39,613 bases of DNA from assembly GCA_964517045.1 (NCBI GenBank), contig CAZFAK010000001.1, forward strand, positions 1 to 39,613. Reading direction: 5' to 3'. Of this stretch, positions 16,373 to 25,810 are shown one piece after another. The notes beneath the pieces are model-generated. The model saw only the letters and a list, made by a program, of their open reading frames with translations. It was not told the origin of the DNA and did no database searches. The DNA comes from an uncultured Spirochaetia bacterium. GTDB taxonomy: Bacteria; Spirochaetota; UBA12135; COTS27; CAZFAK01. The first letter of the stretch is position 1, and the number at the start of each line of letters is the position of its first letter. A program made the position numbers and the translations under genes.

Positions 16373-18226
16373 ATGCGCCCCAAACTGATATTAATATTAC
16401 TTTTTTTCAGCTTTGTATTTCTGATTATCTTTTACCGTATGGTGCAGCTTGCTCTTTTCCCGGAAGATATTTTACTGTCTTATAAATCCATACCGCGCAT
16501 ACGCAGTTTGCGCGGTAAAATTATGGGCCGGGACAGTACACCGCTGGCCCTGTCTTTTAAGAAATATAATATATATTTTAATCCCCGGCAGGAATACTCC
16601 CCGGGCGGCCTGAGTAATGCCTGTAACATACTTAACCTGGATCAAAAAAAAGTTGCCGGGGCTATAGCCAAAAATAAAACTTTTCCGTTAAAAATTTTTA
16701 CCAGTGCTTCCAATAAGAAGAAAATTGCTTCTCTGCGCGAGCCGGCTTTTCTCTCCGAGCGTATATTTCAGCGATTTTATCCTGAAGATGACCTGCTGGC
16801 CCAGGTAACAGGTTTTACCGGCTATTACGGCAAGGGACTTACCGGTCTGGAAAAATACTATAACTCCTTTCTGGCAGTTACTAATTATAATGATAAAAAG
16901 ATCCCGGCCCTGTACCTGACTATAGCAACCAAACTGCAGGATTATATCGAAGAACAACTGGATAAAGCGGTGAAAGAACATAACGCCCAATCAGGAATAG
17001 TTATTATACAGGAAGCAGATACAGGCCGTATCCTGGTAATGGCTAACAGCCCCCGTTTTAATTTAAATAATTTTAAAAAAGTTTCCGCTAAATTATATAA
17101 AAATATATCTGTATGCCGCCACCTGGAACCGGGCTCTATCTTTAAATTATTTTTCCTGGCATATCTCATTGATAAATATCATATTGATATTTCAGATAAA
17201 TATTATAACTGCCAGGGAGCGCTTTCACTGCCTAATGAAAAAAAAGAAATAACATGCGGACACAAACATGGCCTGGTAAACTTTCAAAAAATTATTAAAT
17301 ATTCATGCAATGTCGGCATGGTAAAAGCAACAGCCGGGTTAACCCGTAAAGAAATGTATAACTTTTTAACCACTTTTCACTTTGGCAAAAAAACCGGCAT
17401 ATCCATCCCGGGAGAAAACAAAGGAATTTTGCCGCCGCTTAAAGAGTGGGGCATCAGAACCAAAGCCACTATACCTATCGGACAGGGACTGGCTGTCACA
17501 CCTGTGCAGCTGATATCCGCCTTTTCCTCCCTTATCAACGGCGGCATCTATTATAAACCCTCTCTTATTTTAAAAAAAATCAAATATAACAAAAACGGCC
17601 GGCTCCAGACTAATATAATTAAACCGGTTGCTGTTAACCGCACTATTAAAAGAGAAACCTCTGCTAAAGCGGTAAAACTTCTCTCTTACGGAACTATCAG
17701 AGGCAGTACCGGCTTCCGTGCCCGGCGGGATGACTACCAGGCAGGCGGTAAAACCGGCACCAGCCAGATAGCAGATCTGAAACGGGGGGGGTATTATTCC
17801 AATAAATATCATGCCGGTTTTATAGGCATCTATCCGAAAAAGAACCCGGTCATAACCGTGCTTATTATTATATCCGAACCAGAATACGGCAAGTTCGGCG
17901 GCAAAGTTGCAGCCCCGCTTTTTGCCGCAATCATCCCCGAGATCTCGCGCAGTCTTAAGATCACAACCGGACAAAGAACCGAAAAATATGCCAATGAGGT
18001 ACTTAAGGTGCATAACATAAAAAAAAACAGCGGGGAACTGCTCCCTGACTTAAGAGGATTATCCCTGCGCGATGCCTTGATCCGTTTTCAAAATTTCAAT
18101 AACAAACACGACCGTCAATATAAATTAAAAATAAAAGGCAAAGGTTATGTAAAACAGCAGGATCCGCCGCCCCATACCCGCAATATAAGCGGCAATACTA
18201 TTATTCTCCGCCTGGAACTTGAATAA
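16373..18226 (+). CDS. Class B penicillin-binding protein (transpeptidase) with C-terminal PASTA-like domain
   Basis: The 617-aa ORF has an N-terminal TM anchor and the motifs SxxK (GSIFK), SxN (SCN) and KTG (GKTGTS). The tail LPDLRGLSLRDALIRF...VKQQDPPPHTRNISGNTIILRL fits the PASTA pattern. It begins 2 nt after lepB. Confidence 0.9.
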   Translation: MRPKLILILLFFSFVFLIIFYRMVQLALFPEDILLSYKSIPRIRSLRGKIMGRDSTPLALSFKKYNIYFNPRQEYSPGGLSNACNILNLDQKKVAGAIAKNKTFPLKIFTSASNKKKIASLREPAFLSERIFQRFYPEDDLLAQVTGFTGYYGKGLTGLEKYYNSFLAVTNYNDKKIPALYLTIATKLQDYIEEQLDKAVKEHNAQSGIVIIQEADTGRILVMANSPRFNLNNFKKVSAKLYKNISVCRHLEPGSIFKLFFLAYLIDKYHIDISDKYYNCQGALSLPNEKKEITCGHKHGLVNFQKIIKYSCNVGMVKATAGLTRKEMYNFLTTFHFGKKTGISIPGENKGILPPLKEWGIRTKATIPIGQGLAVTPVQLISAFSSLINGGIYYKPSLILKKIKYNKNGRLQTNIIKPVAVNRTIKRETSAKAVKLLSYGTIRGSTGFRARRDDYQAGGKTGTSQIADLKRGGYYSNKYHAGFIGIYPKKNPVITVLIIISEPEYGKFGGKVAAPLFAAIIPEISRSLKITTGQRTEKYANEVLKVHNIKKNSGELLPDLRGLSLRDALIRFQNFNNKHDRQYKLKIKGKGYVKQQDPPPHTRNISGNTIILRLELE

Positions 18227-18228
18227 TT

Positions 18229-20049
18229 ATGATAATTGAAGACAAGGCTAAAGACGGTTCCGTAATTTTCAAACAGGAACAGGACGGAAAAACCTTTTAC
18301 TTGTCCAGCCGTTACAACCCTTCCCGGGAAGCAGAAAGAATAACAGCTGATGCAGAGGAGTTCAAAGACTGTAATATTATTATACTGTTCGGCGCCGGAA
18401 ATCTGCATCTAATCAGCAAAATCAATGGGCTCAGAACAGATCAGCTTTTTATTGTATTGGTCAAATCAGAACAGTTTAAAAAAAAAGTTGTTTCTCTTTT
18501 AAAAAAAAACTATGATTTGGAGGCGGCGGCAGAAAATATAATTTTCTGCAGTGAAAAAGATTATAAAAGCCAAATACGGGAGCTTATCCTCAAACGCTCA
18601 GCGCGCCGGATACGCTTTCTGCAAAACCGTAACGAGATCCGGATGAATCCTGCTTTTTTTGCTGAAGCCCGTACCAATATCATAAACATGCAAAACCGTA
18701 AATCAATTAACACAGCTACTATTTCCAGATTTGAAAAATTATGGCTGCGTAATATTATAAAAAATACTGATCTGATAATTAACGCCTTCCCGCTCAAGCA
18801 ATTGCTCAATACCGGTAAAGGTTATCAGGCCGTTATTATCGGTGCCGGGCCGTCACTGGCGCCGGAACTTGAAAATTTAAAAAAAAATCAGCAGCATCTG
18901 GTTCTCATAGCAGTAGACACTGTTTATAAAACATTATTAAACCATAATATTATACCGGATATCGTAATTATAGTTGACCCGCAGAAAATAAATGCCAAAT
19001 ATCTGGAAAACATTGAACCGCGGCTGATCAGGCAAAGTTTTTTTATCAGTGAGCCTGCGGTCTGCACCAAAGCTATAGCAGACAAAAAGCATAATCTTAT
19101 AATGTTTGATACTATTTTTCCCTATTATAATATTCTTGCTTCCTTTTTCGGTTTCAAGGGAGAACTTGATATGGGAGGCTCTGTAGCCACCACTGCTTTT
19201 GAGGTATGCCGCCTGCTCGGGTTTGACAGAACAACCATGCTGGGCATGGACCTCTCTTTAAGCAAAGACCGTTATCATCTGCCCGGCACTATGTATGAAC
19301 AGCAATGGTATTCATCTTGTTCCCGTCTGTCAACTTATGATACGCAGACTTTTAAACTGGTTGACTATGCCAACCTGGAACAAACCCGCAATAATCATAA
19401 TCAAACAGTATATATGGATGCTAAATTTATTATGTTTAAAAACTGGTTTGAAAAAAAGATAAAGAAATTTCCTGATTTTAATATCTCTAACTCCTCTGAC
19501 GGAGGAGCGGTTATTAAAGGAATAGAGTATATTCCTTTTACGGAATTTACTGCTACTGCCGCAGGTTTGCATAAAAATAAATACCGCGCTGTTTTGACTG
19601 ATACAATCTCTTATACTACCCAACCAAAAAAAATTATCTCTGTCCTGCCTCTTTTTCTGGAAAAAATGCAAAATATCAGCAGCCGGATCAACTCCTACAG
19701 AGAGTTATGTATAAAAGCGGAAAAAGCAGCATCCCGGGCAGCTGCAAAATTATCCCGCCGGGAGGATCCCGGCGCTGAATTCAGTACCCTGCAAGCACTG
19801 GATACCCGGCTTGGTCTTGATTTCCCCGGTAAAGCTTTGGTAAATATTGCAGTTCAAAAAATCATACATAAAATAAACGATGGTTATGAAATCGAGTTTG
19901 ATCATCAGGTTACAGAGAGGCAGCGCCCTGCAGAGACCTCCCGTTATTTATACAGTGAGATGCGCCGGGCATGTTCTTTGAACCTTAAATATATTAATAA
20001 CACGGTCAGGGAACTTCAAAAAAAATACAAAGCAAAGCGGGATAAATAA
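18229..20049 (+). CDS. DUF115 / MptE-like (motility-accessory-factor-like) protein
   Basis: The 606-aa ORF has the core AVIIGAGPSLAPELENLKKNQQHLVLIAVDTVYKTLLNHNIIPDIVIIVDPQ, characteristic of the DUF115/Maf family. It begins 2 nt after the PBP gene. Confidence 0.75.
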   Translation: MIIEDKAKDGSVIFKQEQDGKTFYLSSRYNPSREAERITADAEEFKDCNIIILFGAGNLHLISKINGLRTDQLFIVLVKSEQFKKKVVSLLKKNYDLEAAAENIIFCSEKDYKSQIRELILKRSARRIRFLQNRNEIRMNPAFFAEARTNIINMQNRKSINTATISRFEKLWLRNIIKNTDLIINAFPLKQLLNTGKGYQAVIIGAGPSLAPELENLKKNQQHLVLIAVDTVYKTLLNHNIIPDIVIIVDPQKINAKYLENIEPRLIRQSFFISEPAVCTKAIADKKHNLIMFDTIFPYYNILASFFGFKGELDMGGSVATTAFEVCRLLGFDRTTMLGMDLSLSKDRYHLPGTMYEQQWYSSCSRLSTYDTQTFKLVDYANLEQTRNNHNQTVYMDAKFIMFKNWFEKKIKKFPDFNISNSSDGGAVIKGIEYIPFTEFTATAAGLHKNKYRAVLTDTISYTTQPKKIISVLPLFLEKMQNISSRINSYRELCIKAEKAASRAAAKLSRREDPGAEFSTLQALDTRLGLDFPGKALVNIAVQKIIHKINDGYEIEFDHQVTERQRPAETSRYLYSEMRRACSLNLKYINNTVRELQKKYKAKRDK

Positions 20050-20105
20050 TGGTAATTACCGCTTTTAAAAACCGATACCGGTAATTTAGCAGGAGTTAGA
20101 GCATA

Positions 20106-20381
20106 ATGAATTTTATTTTAATTATAATTATTTTGTTGAGTATTACTTTTTTTATTTATAAACAAAAACAGGATAAAAAAAAACTAAGCGCTGAAGAGGA
20201 ACTGGAAAAGAGCGGTGAGTATAAAAATATAAGCAGTATAACCAGACAGGAACAGCACCGCTTGCGAAAAGAGATGGATCAGCTGCTTGCTAAAATATCT
20301 TCCCGCGGCATCTCTGCTTTAAGCAAAAAAGAAAAAATACGCCTGGAAAAAATATCACACCAACTGGATGAAAAACAGTAA
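20106..20381 (+). CDS. Small single-pass membrane protein with charged helical tail
   Basis: The 91-aa ORF has an N-terminal TM (FILIIIILLSITFFIY) followed by a K/E-rich helix. AGGAG lies 10 nt upstream. Confidence 0.5.
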   Translation: MNFILIIIILLSITFFIYKQKQDKKKLSAEEELEKSGEYKNISSITRQEQHRLRKEMDQLLAKISSRGISALSKKEKIRLEKISHQLDEKQ

Positions 20382-20397
20382 AAAAATTACAAAACTC

Positions 20398-20426
20398 TTG
20401 CAATTATATATTTTTTATAGTAATAT
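20398..20426 (+). promoter_or_regulatory. Putative sigma70-type promoter TTGCAA-N17-TAATAT upstream of pckG
   Basis: The hexamers lie at 20398..20403 and 20421..20426, implying a 5' UTR of about 120 nt before the ATG at 20553. Confidence 0.4.
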
Positions 20427-20552
20427 TTTAGGATTTTAGCCATTGTTCATTTGGTTTTAAAATCACTAAATATAATAATTTGAAATTAAAACTTGAGATA
20501 ATAACAGCAGCTAAAAGAATGCTGTTGAAAAAAAATACGTTCAGGAGAAATA

Positions 20553-22514
20553 ATGCTGGAATTAAAAAAAGGAATTGATATTCTTACCGAAATAGGCGGT
20601 ATCAAAGATATTGCTGCTGCCAGAGAGCTGATCACAAGCAGACTGGATCAGGAGAGCAGGGATAAATTAGCACGTATCAAAAATGAAGAAGCTCTGCTTA
20701 AAATAGCTAATGCGGTTAAAATGTGCAGCCCGCAAGCTGTTTTTGTTAACACCGGCTCTGATGCAGATATGCAGCAAATCCGGGAGATGAGTCTGGCTAA
20801 GGGTGAAGAAAAAAAACTGGCTATGAAAGATCATACTATTCATTTTGATCTGCCCCAGGACCAGGCCCGGCTGGTAAAACAAACTTATTATATTGTAAAT
20901 GAGGATGAGAAAGCCAGTGCCCTGGCCAAAACCATGCTCCGCCGGGATGCTTATGCCTACCTGGAACAATATATGAAAAACATAATGCAGGATTTGACCA
21001 TGATGATCGGGTTTTTCTCCCGCGGTCCGGTTAAAGCCCAGGCTGCTATACCGGCTATAGAGATATCCAGTTCAACTTATGTACTTCATTCCGCTGATAT
21101 TCTTTACCGCAACTGTTATAACAATTTTGACGAAGAGGTAAAACGTAAAGGATTCTTTTTTACCAATGTCCATTCTGAAGGAAGCAACCGGTCCGAAGAT
21201 ATACCCAAAGCACGTATTTTTATGGACAGAAGCTGGCAGACCACTTTCAGTACTTATTGCACCTATGCCGGCAATACCCTTCTCCTTAAAAAAGGCAATC
21301 ACCGCTTTGCCGTGGATTACTGTACTTACTATCAGCCGGAAAAAGAACTCTCTGAACATATGTTTCTTACCGGTCTTACGGGGCCGGGCGGACGCAAAAC
21401 CTATTTTGCCGGCGCAGCTCCCAGCGGCTGCGGTAAAACAACCACTGCCATGGTCGGCACTGATTTTATCGGTGATGATCTTACCCAGCTTTGGATAGCT
21501 GCTGACGGCACCATGCGCGGCATCAATCCGGAACAAGGTATTTTTGGTATAGTTGCTGACGTAAACCGTGAAGGCGACCCGTATCTGATGAAATGCCTGC
21601 GGGAAGAGGGAACGGAAGTTATCTGGTCCAATGTACTTATTGATGAAAATAAAGTACCGCACTGGGAAGGGAACGGTGAAGAGTCTCCCCGGAAAGGTAT
21701 CAATTTTCAGGGGGAATGGTATAAAGGGAAAAAGGATAAAGAGGGAAATCCTGTCCCCATCTCCCATAAAAACGCCCGCTGTACCCTGCGCTGTTCCTCC
21801 ATTGCCAATAACAACGCAGCAGCTACTGCAAACCCTGCGGGTGTACCGGTTAAAGTGATCACCTATTCCGGACGTGATGCTGATACTATGCCCCCGGTAT
21901 GGGCTGCTGCCAACGGTGATGAAGGAGTTGCTATAGGCGCATCCATTGTTTCCCAGGCCACAGCTACGGAAGTCGGCGCTACGGGCGTACGGCGGCAGCC
22001 ATGGGCGAATGCTCCCTTTATACCCGGCCCCCTGGCTGACTATATGAAAGCCCAGTTTTCTTTTTTTAATTCTTCCAAATTCAGTGCTGCCGGCAGACCT
22101 GTACTGGCCGGGCTTAATTATTTTCTTACCCACGAAGCCAGAGGCGGCAGCGGCAAAGGACTGCTGGGCGAAAAAAAAGATGTCAAAGCCTGGCTGGGAT
22201 GGCTGGAACTTTATGCCCATAATGAAGTAAAGGCCATAAAAACCCCTATTGGCTTTATCCCGCAATACAATGACCTTGAAAAACTGTTCCGGGAAAAAAT
22301 AAACAAAGAATACCCCCGGCAACTATACAATTTGCAGTTTGCTTTATATGCAGACAATATTATAAAAAGAATTGACCTGCAGACAGAAGCCTACAGTAAA
22401 GAGGAAAATCTTCCGGAGCAGCTTTTTAAAGTATATGAAAAACAAAAAAAAGAACTGCTTAGCTTAAAGGAAAAACACGGCCCGGTTATTTACCCGGACA
22501 AACTGCAAAGTTAA
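20553..22514 (+). CDS. pckG: Phosphoenolpyruvate carboxykinase (GTP)
   Basis: The 653-aa ORF has the P-loop APSGCGKTTTAM, a DQARLVKQTYYI segment and a C-terminal ...TPIGFIPQYNDL typical of GTP-type PEPCK. AGGAG RBS. Confidence 0.85.
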   Translation: MLELKKGIDILTEIGGIKDIAAARELITSRLDQESRDKLARIKNEEALLKIANAVKMCSPQAVFVNTGSDADMQQIREMSLAKGEEKKLAMKDHTIHFDLPQDQARLVKQTYYIVNEDEKASALAKTMLRRDAYAYLEQYMKNIMQDLTMMIGFFSRGPVKAQAAIPAIEISSSTYVLHSADILYRNCYNNFDEEVKRKGFFFTNVHSEGSNRSEDIPKARIFMDRSWQTTFSTYCTYAGNTLLLKKGNHRFAVDYCTYYQPEKELSEHMFLTGLTGPGGRKTYFAGAAPSGCGKTTTAMVGTDFIGDDLTQLWIAADGTMRGINPEQGIFGIVADVNREGDPYLMKCLREEGTEVIWSNVLIDENKVPHWEGNGEESPRKGINFQGEWYKGKKDKEGNPVPISHKNARCTLRCSSIANNNAAATANPAGVPVKVITYSGRDADTMPPVWAAANGDEGVAIGASIVSQATATEVGATGVRRQPWANAPFIPGPLADYMKAQFSFFNSSKFSAAGRPVLAGLNYFLTHEARGGSGKGLLGEKKDVKAWLGWLELYAHNEVKAIKTPIGFIPQYNDLEKLFREKINKEYPRQLYNLQFALYADNIIKRIDLQTEAYSKEENLPEQLFKVYEKQKKELLSLKEKHGPVIYPDKLQS

Positions 22515-22605
22515 ACAGAACAGAAAAGGGTACACATTTTAATTTACAGCCGCTGCAAAGTAAGTACCACAGGCTGACCGGTTTATCTACACTATCCTTG
22601 TAAAT

Positions 22606-24414
22606 TCAGGTCAGTTTTATTTTAGATACGCGGTAAACTGTTAATATAAGCAGGAGTATATTTAAACCGGTAAAAGCCGCCCGTAAATAAAACGGAAAAC
22701 CGCACAGTTCGCCTGTAAAAGCAAATATATAAGCACAGACAAAGAGCAGCAAGGGCATAAGTATACTAAAAACCAGTAAAAATAAAAAAGATAAAATATG
22801 TTTCAGATATTTACGGTTCAGCCAGGATAAGGCCAGCAGTATAAAAAACAAGGTAACTATATAGATTAATATATTTATTTTGCAGTTTATAATAAAATCA
22901 TAAAAGAAAGGACGGTAGAAAAAAGAACTTACAGCTGTCTGCTGCAGTTTTAACAAAGCAGGAAAACTGAGAAAATAAAGAAACTTTTTATTAGCCGGTG
23001 CCAGCAGATGAACCATATCAGCCAGGTTAGCTCCGTATGAAGACCCTATCACCTTGCTTATCTCATTGGTTGTATTTTTTAAATAAAGCCGGTTGCGCCT
23101 GTATTTGGCATAACGGAAAGAGCTGGTTTTACCCGCCATAGTCAGCCTTACATTCTCCAAAAAAAGTGTTTTTTTATAAACAGTAATACGCTCAGCGCGG
23201 ATCAGATTGTCATTGTAATAAAATTTTAAATTGGAATAAGTTATCAGACGGGGGGCGTATTTTTTAAGATTTTTATAGGTTGAAAGAAGAAACTCGTTAT
23301 TTTTCAAGGTAGTTACAATATGAGTGTAGGTTGCTTCCACCTCCCGTTCCTCCGGATAGGCTATGTAGATATCTCTGATCATATTATAAGCGCGTCTGAT
23401 ATTGCCGTCTGCCATCAGTTCTCTTACTGCAGCCAGTTTTTTATTAAGTATAAAGTTGGATCTTTTTTCCGGGGACAGGCTCATTTCCGGGTCCCTTTCC
23501 AGCTGACGGCAGTAATAGAGCTCATGTTTAAAATGATCAATCTCTTTTCGGTAAGCACGGGTGTCAGGATAATGGTTAATAAGTTTCTCGTAAATATAAG
23601 CTGCTGCCGCGTATTCCCCGCTGGTCTTATATTCTGCCGCTTTATTTTTCAGCAAATGGCGGTATTTCTTTTTAGTGGTATTTTTTTCTTGTTGCCGCGC
23701 CTGGGTAAAGCGATAAATTTCATCTATAAGTATTGCCGGCTGCACTCTGAAAGGATATTCTTTTAAAATATTACTGCATTTATCCACTACCAGATCACAG
23801 GCGGCAGCTATCAGACGGTCAGTATGTTTTTGCCGCCGGCTGCCGGCTGCCGGCGCATTAGTAAAAGCAGTATAATTATTTTTTAAAGTTTGTTTATCAA
23901 CAGCAGCATAATCCTGTAATAAATGATATAGATTGTTTACTTCTGCTTTTTTTTTACCAACAGGCAGAATATCAATATTACAGGTCCTTTCCCATATAAG
24001 GCGGAAAGGCTCAACAGATGTTGCTTTTGCTGTTTTTTTATTATAAACCGCTTCGTTGTGGCGGTCAAAACGGGTAAAATATCTTATTATTAAAAAATCA
24101 TTTATATACAGATTCGCTATCACTGTTATCGTAAAAAATACCAGAAAAACTATTAATACTGACCTGCTTAAAATATAAAAACTGTTATGTATACCCCGGT
24201 CAACTTTGTCAAAGGCAAAGTAAGCAGCGCTGAAAACCGGGATCAGGGAGAGCGCAATTAAGCTTTCGCCAAAAAAAGTTAAAACCAGTTCCCGGTTGCC
24301 GAGATCACCTTCAAGCAGAAAATAGGGAAGAATAAAAGCTGCTATTAAAACAAGCGCGCCTGTTGTAAAACAGGCTATGATATAGTTAATATAAGACTTA
24401 TTCATATATTTCAA
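22606..24414 (-). CDS. Integral membrane protein, 3+3 TM helices around a ~390-aa helical (TPR-like) plus beta-rich central domain; function unknown
   Basis: The 602-aa ORF starts at the TTG at 24414 in the track, but the ATG at 24405 (MNKSY...) is the more likely start. Hydrophobic helices cluster at both ends. The centre contains TPR-like units (GEYAAAAYIYEKLINHYPD). Confidence 0.65.
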   Translation of the reverse strand: MKYMNKSYINYIIACFTTGALVLIAAFILPYFLLEGDLGNRELVLTFFGESLIALSLIPVFSAAYFAFDKVDRGIHNSFYILSRSVLIVFLVFFTITVIANLYINDFLIIRYFTRFDRHNEAVYNKKTAKATSVEPFRLIWERTCNIDILPVGKKKAEVNNLYHLLQDYAAVDKQTLKNNYTAFTNAPAAGSRRQKHTDRLIAAACDLVVDKCSNILKEYPFRVQPAILIDEIYRFTQARQQEKNTTKKKYRHLLKNKAAEYKTSGEYAAAAYIYEKLINHYPDTRAYRKEIDHFKHELYYCRQLERDPEMSLSPEKRSNFILNKKLAAVRELMADGNIRRAYNMIRDIYIAYPEEREVEATYTHIVTTLKNNEFLLSTYKNLKKYAPRLITYSNLKFYYNDNLIRAERITVYKKTLFLENVRLTMAGKTSSFRYAKYRRNRLYLKNTTNEISKVIGSSYGANLADMVHLLAPANKKFLYFLSFPALLKLQQTAVSSFFYRPFFYDFIINCKINILIYIVTLFFILLALSWLNRKYLKHILSFLFLLVFSILMPLLLFVCAYIFAFTGELCGFPFYLRAAFTGLNILLLILTVYRVSKIKLT

Positions 24415-24541
24415 TATGAATAATATCCTTTCTTTTCAGAAAATTACGGAAATCATTATAATCCTGAAAATGAACCAGCGGCATAGTCTCCATCTGTCCG
24501 GTTGTATATTTAACTCTTAGTTTATAACTGTCAATTAGCAT
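24398..24541 (-). CDS. Unannotated 47-codon ORF (MLIDSYKLRVKYTTGQMETMPLVHFQDYNDFRNFLKRKDIIHIEIYE)
   Basis: I translated this by hand; it falls below the ORF-track length cut-off. A GGGGGG run sits 3 nt upstream of the ATG. Its TAA overlaps the ATG at 24405 of the downstream gene within ATGAATAA. Confidence 0.3.
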   Translation of the reverse strand: MLIDSYKLRVKYTTGQMETMPLVHFQDYNDFRNFLKRKDIIHIEIYE

Positions 24542-24643
24542 ATTCCCCCCAAAATTGGCTAGTTTGTCTATTTTGTCGGTATTTTTAATAAATATATTAC
24601 TATTTTTTTAAAAATAAATTTTTTCAAAAATCCTATTGCTGCT

Positions 24644-24673
24644 ATTATACTATGACTATAAAAAAAATAGCAA
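24644..24673 (-). promoter_or_regulatory. Putative sigma70-type promoter (minus strand) TTGCTA-N18-TATAAT
   Basis: On the + strand the reverse-complement hexamers are TAGCAA at 24668..24673 and ATTATA at 24644..24649. The site lies about 100 nt upstream of the small ORF. Confidence 0.3.
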
Positions 24674-24702
24674 AATTATACCGGAAATTTTTAAGATCTT
24701 AT

Positions 24703-24730
24703 TTGACATAAACAGCTATGCCATTATAAT
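24703..24730 (+). promoter_or_regulatory. Putative sigma70-type promoter TTGACA-N16-TATAAT
   Basis: Both hexamers match the consensus exactly (24703..24708 and 24725..24730). The site lies 30 nt upstream of the ATG at 24761. Confidence 0.55.
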
Positions 24731-24760
24731 ATAAACGCCTGTACTGAATTATAATTTAAT

Positions 24761-25810
24761 ATGCAGTTTTTAAAAAATTTCTTCTCTTCTATAAAAAAAC
24801 TTTTTCTCTCTGATGAAAAAACCTATGTAAACAGCAGAATGCTGTTCCGTTTTTTTATTTTATGTGTCCTGATATTTATCATCTGTTTCGGCATAGCCTT
24901 TGTTATATTTCTCCGGTCTTCCCCTACCTGTCAACTGCCCAATGTACTTCATAAAGATATTCTTACTGCAACCAGGCTGCTGCAGCAGCAAAAACTCCGG
25001 CTTCATTATCTAACCAAAAACCACAGTTCCATTCCCCGCTACCAGATCATCTCGCAAAACCCGGCGCCCGGCACCAAAGTAAAAAGCGGGCGCTTTATTA
25101 CTCTGACTGTAAGCACGGGCAAAAAAGTAAAAAACATGCCTGATTACATCGGCAAACCTTTTACAGAGGCAAAAATTGACCTTATAAGCCGTTTTGCCCA
25201 GGCTGAAAATCCTCCCCGCATTCTGAAAGCCATGAAATATTCCTCCGAATATGAAAAAGGCATTGTAATTGACCAGAATCCTGCTCCGAAACAGTCAATA
25301 GACTATAACAGCGAGATTTATCTGATCGTAAGCCGCGGCCTGACAGAATCAATGTATAAAGTACCCTCTTTCCGATTGGAAAATTTCAAAGAAGTGGAAG
25401 CAGCGTTGGCGGAGAAAGGAATCAAAACTGTTAAAAAGTTAAAAGCAACTGACCGGAAAGAGCATATCGGAAAAATTTTTCAGCAAAGTGTCAAACCCGG
25501 CACAGAGCTGACTAAAGGAGACACCATCGAGTTCATTGTCGGCGTTGCTGATACAGAGGAACATAAAGGACTGCGTAAAGAGATATGGCGCGTCTTTTCC
25601 TTTACCGTGCCCCCGCTCCGTAAAGGTAATTCCTCGCGCCAATACCGTCGTCTCAAACTTATTGTTAAAGACAAACTGGGACGTCAAAAACGGCTTGATG
25701 AGCTGGTAGCTGTAAACCGGCAGGTAAATCTTCCTTATAAAACCTACGGCAGCGGTGTAGTAGAGGTTTACCTTGACGGTAAAAAAAAACGTACTTTTAC
25801 CTTCAGATGA
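24761..25810 (+). CDS. Membrane-anchored triple-PASTA-domain protein without a kinase or PBP domain
   Basis: The 349-aa ORF has an N-terminal TM followed by three PASTA-like units (LPNVLHKD...ISQNPAPGTKVKSGRFITLTVS; MPDYIGKPF...VIDQNPAPKQSIDYNSEIYLIVS; VPSFRLENF...QQSVKPGTELTKGDTIEFIV). A beta-rich C-terminal domain of about 85 aa follows. Confidence 0.8.
   Translation: MQFLKNFFSSIKKLFLSDEKTYVNSRMLFRFFILCVLIFIICFGIAFVIFLRSSPTCQLPNVLHKDILTATRLLQQQKLRLHYLTKNHSSIPRYQIISQNPAPGTKVKSGRFITLTVSTGKKVKNMPDYIGKPFTEAKIDLISRFAQAENPPRILKAMKYSSEYEKGIVIDQNPAPKQSIDYNSEIYLIVSRGLTESMYKVPSFRLENFKEVEAALAEKGIKTVKKLKATDRKEHIGKIFQQSVKPGTELTKGDTIEFIVGVADTEEHKGLRKEIWRVFSFTVPPLRKGNSSRQYRRLKLIVKDKLGRQKRLDELVAVNRQVNLPYKTYGSGVVEVYLDGKKKRTFTFR

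Noticed and set aside
20054-20086. An 8-bp inverted repeat AATTACCG/CGGTAATT after the DUF115 gene could be a terminator.
   Set aside because: The loop is 17 nt and no real T-tract follows, and the next gene's RBS follows within 5 nt. It is not convincing as an intrinsic terminator.
20450-20460. A possible third partial copy of the repeat (TTTGGTTTTAA) lies in the pckG upstream region.
   Set aside because: Only 11 nt match, with immediate divergence. That is expected by chance in AT-rich spacers.
21072-22322. A 416-aa ORF on the minus strand, the longest unexplained ORF in the track.
   Set aside because: It lies entirely antisense to the well-supported GTP-PEPCK gene. Its translation is low-complexity (G/S/R/F-rich) with no recognisable motif or RBS. 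It is most likely a by-product of codon bias on the sense strand.
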